DNA of 40,240 bases from an uncultured Lentisphaerales bacterium (GTDB lineage: Bacteria > Verrucomicrobiota > Lentisphaeria > JABSQK01 > UBA12247). How positions within the stretch are numbered: the first letter of the stretch is position 1; each line of letters begins with the position of its first letter. The stretch lies in the NCBI GenBank assembly GCA_943788985.1, contig CALSSJ010000003.1:1-40240 (forward strand), in the 5' to 3' direction. The position numbers and the translations under genes were made by a program. The notes beneath the pieces are model-generated. The model saw only the letters and a list, made by a program, of their open reading frames with translations. It was not told the DNA's origin and did not search any database. Shown piece after piece: positions 9,550 through 17,600 of the stretch.

Positions 9550-9760
9550 GCGCGGAGTGGGGCAGCACAGAGTAGGTCGCGGAAGCGCTCGGACAACGCC
9601 ATGACGTCCACCAGAAATTACTCTGAGCATCCCCACCACTGGGCAGACTCGGCATCCGCTACCCTGGCTGTCACCACCATGTGAATGTGTGGGTGCAACC
9701 ACAGCTGCTGCCCCAAGTATGCAGTTCACCAATGACTCCGGGAATCCACTGCTTCCTGCG
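9550..9760 (-). mobile_element. IS91-family transposase remnant containing the HUH motif
   Basis: Manual translation with one frameshift and one stop: IPGVIGELHTWG/QQLWLHPHIHMVVTA...QWWGCSE*FLVDVMALSERFR. This matches the LHTWGxxLxxHPHxH and FLxxVxALSxxFR pattern of IS91 transposases. Confidence 0.75.
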
Positions 9761-9807
9761 GGTAGACAGGTAGATCCTGCAGGCCCTTGCGGGAGCGGAG
9801 ATGCGCG

Positions 9808-11370
9808 TCACTCGTATATCAGGTGAGCGGTATACCAGAATCTCGTTGACGAGATGTACCCAAGGGCTGATTTGATTTCAGCCGGCAGGCGAAGGTCGTA
9901 CACGCGATTTGATTTGAGCGCCTTGTCCAATTCGATGATGAGCTCCTTGCCGTCGGCGACGACCTTCGCGCAGGGTTCATCCTCCAAATCGTAATTCTTC
10001 GAGCCGTAACCGGCATGATAGCCGATACGGTAGGATTGGATTTCGTAGGCGGATCCATCCGCGGGAACCGAGATCTTGGAATTGAATTGGAACGTGAACC
10101 CTTTCGGGGTCAGGCGCATGGCTTCTACCTGGAGATATGGAGTGCCGGTATAGGTGATTCGCTTGATGCCCTCTCGTCCGGGCCAGCTCAGGTGGGTTTT
10201 GCCGACGTACAGGGTTTTTCCATCAGGCGCATAGAGCAAGCGATTGTTCCCAATGCCCAGGCTTTCGCTCGTGATCAGATGCGTTGCCGCGCCCTGATAG
10301 TGGCCGTTGACGACGTCGGGCAGGTACTGCACGAGTCTGGCGTGATTCATGTCACCGATAATTAGATTTCCCGAACTTGCCGCAGATGATGAACCAAACT
10401 CCCGTCGGTACGGCAGCATTTGCGTGAGCGAATTGGCACACTCGCCCTGTGGCATCAGAGCGGCTGACTTGACGCGCCGTCTTTGCAGCTCTTGGAGCGG
10501 TAGCTCCACGGGCGTTACGGTTGGCGGCCTTTTGTCCCAGAGCAACGAAGCCGCATGACCATGGAATCTGCCGGGCTGAATGCGATGCAGTTTTGATGCG
10601 CCCACCCAGTCGCCTTGATTATCGGAAACCCACAGCTGATCATCAGCATCCATATAGAGACCATTGGGGGTGCGTAGACCGGTTGCGTAGACGGTCGCCT
10701 TGCGTGCCCCCGGCTGAATTTGCAGCACGCAACCGCGATAAGGGACGCGGGCATACATTCTTGGGACAGCCTTCTTCTTTTCCGTCCACGATCCGTGTTC
10801 TCCTCCGTATAGAAATTTGTCGTGGGTGAGCCCCCCGGTGTCATTCCATGGACCGCGGATCTCTTCGCGCACGCCCGAACCGTTTGAGGCAGTCCCCAAG
10901 CTAACGTAGACGTTCTTCTTGGAATCCTTGACGAGTCCAAAGGTGAACTCGTGATAGTTACCGGATACCCCCCAGTCGTTGCAGATGACTTCATAGAAAT
11001 CCGCCGTCCCATCTCCATCCTTGTCGTGCAGGCGCGTCAGCTCAGCCCGTTGAACGACCAGTATCGTCCCACCGTCCTCGGCGTAAATGCCCAAGGGCTC
11101 GTGCAAGCCCGATGCAAACAGCTTCCAGCTCTCTGCCTCCGGGTTGTAAAACATGATTTCGCCGCGATGAAAGCAGGCGGCAATCCGGCCATCTTTGGTG
11201 AACGCCAGGCCACCAACCTGAGTGTCGACCATTCTAGGGCTGGGAACACTGGCGATTTTATAGTGGTCTTCCCACGAGAATGCAGCGGCAGCAACTTGCT
11301 GGGCAAGGGCCGAAAAAGAAGAGGCGGCCAGTAGCATCGAGATAATGATCTTTTTGATTGTGGTGGTCAT
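9808..11370 (-). CDS. Secreted beta-propeller protein, sorbosone-dehydrogenase-like (DUF7133 type)
   Basis: Signal peptide; FASGLHEPLG, DKDGDGTAD, GNYHEFTFG, ATGLRTPNG, SDNQGDW motifs. Confidence 0.75.
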   Translation of the reverse strand: MTTTIKKIIISMLLAASSFSALAQQVAAAAFSWEDHYKIASVPSPRMVDTQVGGLAFTKDGRIAACFHRGEIMFYNPEAESWKLFASGLHEPLGIYAEDGGTILVVQRAELTRLHDKDGDGTADFYEVICNDWGVSGNYHEFTFGLVKDSKKNVYVSLGTASNGSGVREEIRGPWNDTGGLTHDKFLYGGEHGSWTEKKKAVPRMYARVPYRGCVLQIQPGARKATVYATGLRTPNGLYMDADDQLWVSDNQGDWVGASKLHRIQPGRFHGHAASLLWDKRPPTVTPVELPLQELQRRRVKSAALMPQGECANSLTQMLPYRREFGSSSAASSGNLIIGDMNHARLVQYLPDVVNGHYQGAATHLITSESLGIGNNRLLYAPDGKTLYVGKTHLSWPGREGIKRITYTGTPYLQVEAMRLTPKGFTFQFNSKISVPADGSAYEIQSYRIGYHAGYGSKNYDLEDEPCAKVVADGKELIIELDKALKSNRVYDLRLPAEIKSALGYISSTRFWYTAHLIYE

Positions 11371-13355
11371 TTTTTGGCGGTGTAGCTAATCGAAATGGCC
11401 TTGTCGGATTTCGTGACTTCCGTTGTCAGACGGTCGTCCGGTGGAGGCGGGATTTCGTAGTCAGGCAGTTGCGGCGTTGCCTTGAAGCTGCGAACGATCG
11501 ACTGCCGTTCGACATCAACCGAAATGGTTTCCGTGACCTCCGATTCACCGAGCTGATAGACAAAGCTCGGATATCCCTCCTTGGATATGTGATATCCCTT
11601 GTACTGAACGTCGCCCGCAGCAGTGAAGATTGATTGGGACTCGCGATAGATGATCTCCCCGACGAGAGCTAGCGAATTTCCATTACTCCTGAGATAGGCA
11701 TAGTTGTCGGGCTCGCCCGTGGAGATGTATCGCAGGCGACATTGATCCGTATCCCAAATGACGTTGTGCTTCTTCTCCGTCGGCAGAGCCAAGATGAGAG
11801 ATGCGGGCCCCGAATTCGGCACGAAGGTCCTTTCGATTCGCGGGCGCTTGGTCTTTGCCGGAGCCGTCGCATACGAGTCAATGTTTGAGGTTTTTACGCG
11901 TTTGACACCAACTGTCACCGTCTTTATATAGTCGTAGATTTCGCTCAATTGTTCCTTTGGCACGTGTGCCATCGACGGCATTTGCGGCATCTGGTCACGC
12001 TTGCGACCAGGGCTGATCGCCCAATGAATAAATCGATCCTTGTTTTCACGCGGGTACAGCTCTGCCATTTCCACCAGTGATGGCCCAACGCCTGTCTGGT
12101 CGAGCAAGTGGCAGGCCCTGCAATTGACGGTAAAAGCCAGCGGTTCGGACAGCTCTTGCGTGCCTGTCTTCCTTGGCTTTGTTGCGGTGGCGACGGGGCC
12201 TATCTGTTCGGAATTGAGTTCGCGGATATACAGGTTGCGGTAGGATACGCTATCACCATGATCTTGCAGCAAGATCGGGCCTGCAGTCTTGGCGAAGTCG
12301 GGATGAATTCTGTATTTGCTCTTGCTAAAGCGCTGCTTCCAGTCTTCAGATCCGAATGTGACGGAGGTGACTTTTTCGCCATTGAGCCAGTGCTCGAAGG
12401 TGTTGTTCAGCACGCGAACCCGCCCTTGGTTCCACTCACCAGCCGGGTTCCATTTGCGGTCCACCGGTACGGAAGCCAACTCGTAAAGGCATGCCGTCCG
12501 GTGGGTGGGATTCTTGTTGTCCCGGTAATTATCGTCGTCAATGATCTGATACTCACACCCGAGCGCGCTACCGTCGACGTCCACAACCCGATATTTGACG
12601 CCGCTGTTACCGTTGAAGGCGATGTTGAACTCGAAGGTTAGTTCGAACTCATCGTAGTGCTTCTTCGTCCAAATTGGTCCGCCGCGCCCCTTCTTTGACT
12701 TGTCGAGGTGAAGCACGCCGTCTGTTAGCGACCAAAGACTGCCAATATCGGTCGGATTTGATTTGCTTGGTCCGGGGGCCCAGTGCGCGAGGCTGTCGTC
12801 CGCAATCAGGTTTACCCAGCCATGTTTCTCTGATGGTACGGCAGTCGATTTGTCTGCGTTTTCAGTGATGACGACCGAGTACATCGCTTGTAACCCGGCG
12901 CTCCCGCCACCCAGCACAACCTTTTCCCCTGCGGAGAATGGCTTTCGGGAATAAACGAGCGTATTAGAGGCCTCGACTGTCAGATCGGTCTTTTCCCACG
13001 AACCTAGCCAATCCGGGCGCTTTCGGCCCGCTTTGATGCCCACATATACGACACAGTTTTCCAGAACGGCAAATGAGATCAGATCGTCGTTTTTATTGCC
13101 GCGATCCTCCATTGGCGTCTGAAGCAGCGTTCCTCCACTCAGATCGATTGGCAGCTTCTTAACGACGTATTCACGGTCGGTCCACAGCTTCGCGCCTCTT
13201 CTGAAACCGTTCCGGACCACGACGTAGCTGTTCCGAGAGTTGAACGCGGCACCATGGATCAACGGACGCTCGCTGGCATTGTCGTCGCCGGCGAGCGGCG
13301 ACACCGACACCAAGCAAGCCACAACAATGGCGAATCCATTCTCGAATACTCTCAT
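11367..13355 (-). CDS. Secreted DUF1080 (3-keto-disaccharide hydrolase-like) + cytochrome c fusion protein
   Basis: Start at ATG 13355 with GGAGG RBS and signal peptide. DUF1080 motifs GNSGVKY, EYQIIDD, GEWN, EHWLNG, ILLQDHG; heme motif CRACH with GPSL and distal MPSM. Stop overlaps the next start as ATGA. Confidence 0.85.
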   Translation of the reverse strand: MRVFENGFAIVVACLVSVSPLAGDDNASERPLIHGAAFNSRNSYVVVRNGFRRGAKLWTDREYVVKKLPIDLSGGTLLQTPMEDRGNKNDDLISFAVLENCVVYVGIKAGRKRPDWLGSWEKTDLTVEASNTLVYSRKPFSAGEKVVLGGGSAGLQAMYSVVITENADKSTAVPSEKHGWVNLIADDSLAHWAPGPSKSNPTDIGSLWSLTDGVLHLDKSKKGRGGPIWTKKHYDEFELTFEFNIAFNGNSGVKYRVVDVDGSALGCEYQIIDDDNYRDNKNPTHRTACLYELASVPVDRKWNPAGEWNQGRVRVLNNTFEHWLNGEKVTSVTFGSEDWKQRFSKSKYRIHPDFAKTAGPILLQDHGDSVSYRNLYIRELNSEQIGPVATATKPRKTGTQELSEPLAFTVNCRACHLLDQTGVGPSLVEMAELYPRENKDRFIHWAISPGRKRDQMPQMPSMAHVPKEQLSEIYDYIKTVTVGVKRVKTSNIDSYATAPAKTKRPRIERTFVPNSGPASLILALPTEKKHNVIWDTDQCRLRYISTGEPDNYAYLRSNGNSLALVGEIIYRESQSIFTAAGDVQYKGYHISKEGYPSFVYQLGESEVTETISVDVERQSIVRSFKATPQLPDYEIPPPPDDRLTTEVTKSDKAISISYTAKK

Positions 13356-13779
13356 TTCCTCCCGTCCTCTAACACTTCGCCTACGCACTCTTCTCAATCG
13401 ACAATTAGTCATTAATGCACCGCATTGCTACTCGGTCGGAAGTGTAAGGATGTGAGGCCACGTGCAGCCGTTACTTTACCGCCATACTTGGTGACGGCCA
13501 CTGGGCGAAAAAAACCGGAAAATTGCGAAATCGAGAGCTTCCATCCCCAGAATCACCGCCCGCTGCAGCCACTTTCCGGAAGGAAACTTTGCAAATGCAT
13601 CAAGATGGAATGGCCGCATAATGTCACCATCAATACCCCATTCTCCCGGAAACTGATAAATGGAAAGAAAAAGACGAGGATACGATAAAGAGGAATCTCA
13701 GCAGCTACCTATCCGTCAAAAAAATCCTCGCAAATCAGCTCGATCGCCAGGCCTTGCCCGAGCAACTCGAGCTCTTCAT

Positions 13780-14175
13780 CCCCACCCCCAACAGCCACAT
13801 CCGTGGTGCCGACTATTACCGCAAATGAGGAACGCTACCATGCTCAAGTAACCCCTCATCGACCGCCTCTACGCCCGGCGCCTTACCGGCATCGCCCAAG
13901 CCCTGAGCGAGCAACGCGCCAACCCCTCCATCACGGGTCTCGCCTTCGAAGAACGCCTCAGCCTGCTCGTCGACCGCCAATACCAGTTCGCCCAAGACCG
14001 CGCCCTCGCCAACCGCCTACGTTACGCCGGCTTAAGCGACACCGGCCCGCCATCGAAGGTGTCGACTACCGCTAGGAGCGCGCCCTCAGCGCCGGCCAGC
14101 TCGCCCCCCTCATCGCCCCCGAGTGGATTCGCCAAGGCAAGAGCGCCGTCATCACCGGCTCGACCTGGAAGGCGC
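13780..14175 (+). mobile_element. IS21-family remnant: istA 3' end and istB pseudogene
   Basis: SHIRGADYYRK* is a typical IstA C-terminus. From ATG 13840: MLK*PLIDRL...LAFEERLSLLVDRQ...LANRLRYAGL, a frameshift, then IEGVDYR*...EWIRQGKSAVITGST, cut at Walker A. Confidence 0.8.
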
Positions 14176-14685
14176 GACCATTCGCCGCAGACACAAGACA
14201 TGAGCGATTCGTGTCGTCCGCTTCGGTCCACGACCACGGCCCCCCACGGCTAGGGACGCAGCGACCTTGACCCGTCCAGCAGCTTTGCGCTCGCCGAGTT
14301 CGCAGCCCTTCGCTGGTGGTCATCAAAAACATGCATTTTCATAAATGATTGAGCGGCCAATTTTCACGCCGTGTCAGTCAATGACTTGCACCTGATCAAG
14401 CCCATGGCCTCTTGCAAGAGGCTCCAACTCTGCCTCGCCTCAAAAACAAGTGCGATCTGAGCTAAAGGTGTCCGAGAAGAACGAAATGCGCAATTGCAGG
14501 AGGAGAATATGACACTACTTTGTTCCCTCCCGTAAAGTAGCAATCTGCGATCCGTCAATGGCCGGCGGACAAAGCCGGTAGGCGTCACTGTTCTCCCGAT
14601 TTCGCACCTGGCTCCGGACAGTAATTATCCCGGGTCACTTCCATGTTCGTTGCCTAGCCAGCATTGCAGGTTAAGGAATTCCTTG

Positions 14686-17600
14686 ATGATTAGAATTGTT
14701 GTTCTCATGCTTGCCTTCACCAGTTCGATTTGCTGGGCAGATTATCAAGCCGTCGATACTCTTGGCTCGGACGGCGCTCCAAAAACCTCCCACCCAGAAT
14801 GGATGTCGCAATTGCCGGACTCCATGAGGGTCAGCGAGCTCTCCATACCCGGGACTCACGATGCGGGCGCGATAGGCGCTCAGCTCACGAATGAGCCGGG
14901 CTTCCCCAACGCCTGGTCTAATTGCCAAGATGCTACATTATGGCAACAATTGGTCGCCGGCGTTCGCTTCCTTGACCTTAGAGTAATCCGGGTAGATCAG
15001 TACTACGTACATCACGCATCCTGGATTTATCAGAGTTTGGAGTCGGCGCTCGACGAGATCGAGCTATTCCTCGAGCAGTTCCCGCGTGAGGTGGTCCTGT
15101 GCCGGATTTCGACTACTGTAGGAGCTCCTACGGAGACCTGGCCTGAACACTACGTCAACAATATTCTTCCACGCCCCTCAATTTGGCAACGACCAGGCAA
15201 GACGCGGGCAGATGGCATTACCCCTACGGAATACGCGGATGAGGCCATTGGCGATTCCTTTTTGGATGGCTTTTTCGACAACTCCTCCTATTACTGGCCG
15301 ACCTTGGGCGAAACAAGGGGCAAAATGGTCATGTTCATTGCACCCAATCCAAAGCTGGCGCATCCTGCGCGGGTTAACAATGGAAGGCTCTTTGCCTCAT
15401 CTGGGAATGGCTACCGGAGAAGCGGCAATCCCAATTACTTCAAATCGACCCTTGACGTCTTCTCCTACCCAGAAAAGAACCAGGCAGACGACTTGGACCA
15501 CCTTCGTCAAGCATCAAACGATTCCCGCACAGACAGACTGTACGTAACGGGCCTGAACATGGCGTACTCGCCTGAGGCTCTCACGACACCTAGCGGGTGG
15601 GCGGTGACCCAAAACCGCTGGCTAATGAGCAAACTGAACGACTCGATGTCACGCCCAGCCAAGAAGACGGGCATCGTGCTATTAGATTTCCCCGGGCCAG
15701 GCCCGCTCGATTCCATTATTGCTCTCAATTTTCGCCACGCAACCCGTAGCTATGGGATCTACGACGACTTTGTGGCGTATGCCGCCAAGTTGCCCTACCA
15801 GGCGACTCCGGGTATTGGCGCAGGCGACGGACTCACCGGTACACCTCTGGGCCGGGCACGAGGCTGGCGGCGACTGCTAAAAGAGCGTATCCCAACGACG
15901 CAGTTCAACACCTATTGGTTTACGGCGGTCGGGGCGATCAACTTTTTCGCGCATTCTCTTTCGTCGAACGAAAAGAGCCGCTTGTCAACGGTAACGGGCA
16001 ATTCTAACACGGGCGGCATAATATTTCAGTCCCACAACATACCGACTAATCTGACGAATGCCGAAGTTACAACTCTCCTAGCATCTGTAGTTGGCAACAC
16101 GGCAACTGCTATCAGAGATAGCTTCGAAGCCCGATGGAGTGACCATGAATGGACAGTGTTTATGTATTCGACTTCTGGGGTTCCCTTAGATGGCTTGGAT
16201 TTTGACGAGCACGTCGTGCGGGGAGAGTGGTTTTTTTGGGATGGGACGACGTTTACGAAAGTCGTCGTAGCCGGTTCCCGCAAGCCTGCGACCGTGGACC
16301 ATTCTGTCGCTGAGCAGTCCCGTTCCGTGGTTGGCCACTGGGAGTTTCCCCAAAGTACATGGCAAGACGCCGTGAAAGGGGAGAATTTGGAAGTTGATTC
16401 GGCTCAAGTCAGCAGTCAGACAGGTTTTATCTCGCTCGAGTCAGACGTTTCGGGAATTCAAGCTCGATCGGGACCACCATTCCGGGGAGTCGGCGGCATC
16501 GAATCCCTTCGAAGGGATCAAGGCCCGGGAGCTGTCCGGATGCATAAGTGGAGCCTGATCCTGGACCTGAAATTGGAGACATTGCGCCCATGGTCGCTCG
16601 CTCAGATCGACACCCCGTCGTTCAATACGACTGGCCCAGCCATCGGCATCAATGAATTCGGCGCTATTGGCATTGATGGGATTTATCACGGTAATTTGAT
16701 TCCTGGGCAGTGGCATCGTGTTGTAATTACTGTTGACACTACCGGCTCGGAAAGAATGTCGTTCTCTATTGACGGTAGGGAAGTCGGCTGGAATGCCGTC
16801 AGAAACTTCACTGTAACTGGAGATCCCGTCAACGGATTTGTTTACAGCGATATCGAGCGCTGGAGCATGCGTCAGAAACTTCTACTTTTTGGCGTTGGTC
16901 AGTCTGGCATAGCACAGGGTGAGATAAACGTGGGGGGAATCCAAATACGAAATTATCAGATGAGTGAGGCCGAAATCGGCTGGTTAGGAGGGGTAACTGC
17001 CCCCGCGGACACTATTAGCGGTGTCATGAATGACTCTGATGTTGATGGCCTTCCAGACTCCTGGGAAATCGCACACTTCGGTAGCCTGGCTAAGCTTGCT
17101 CACGGCGATGATGATGGCGACAGTCGCTCGAACCTGGAAGAGGTTGCGGAAGGCACAAGCCCAATGGATAGATCGAGCAGAAAAGAAGAGGGACTGTTGG
17201 CGTGGTATCCGTTTGAGGGAAACGTTAGAAACCAAGTTGATAGTGATGACGACTTAGATGGAGACGTCCCCGATTATCTATCTACGATGGATCGGTTCGG
17301 AAATGACGATGCGGCTTTGGGCTTTGCTGAATATTCAAACGACTTCACCAACACAGACTTTGAGCTGGGGCTCGTCCCTGAATCAACACGTACTTGGTCC
17401 TTCTGGGCGCGCTCCACCAAACCTGGTTGGGACTACGGCAACGACACAGTAGGGATCTATACTGGTGGCCCGTTGAACATCAAAATCTTTGAGGGATATC
17501 TAAAGTTTTCGGTATCGACTGATTCCGGAGATGATGACTGGCAAGATAGCGAAAGGATCAACACTGACTGGCATCACTACGCGGTCGTTAAGGATTTCAA

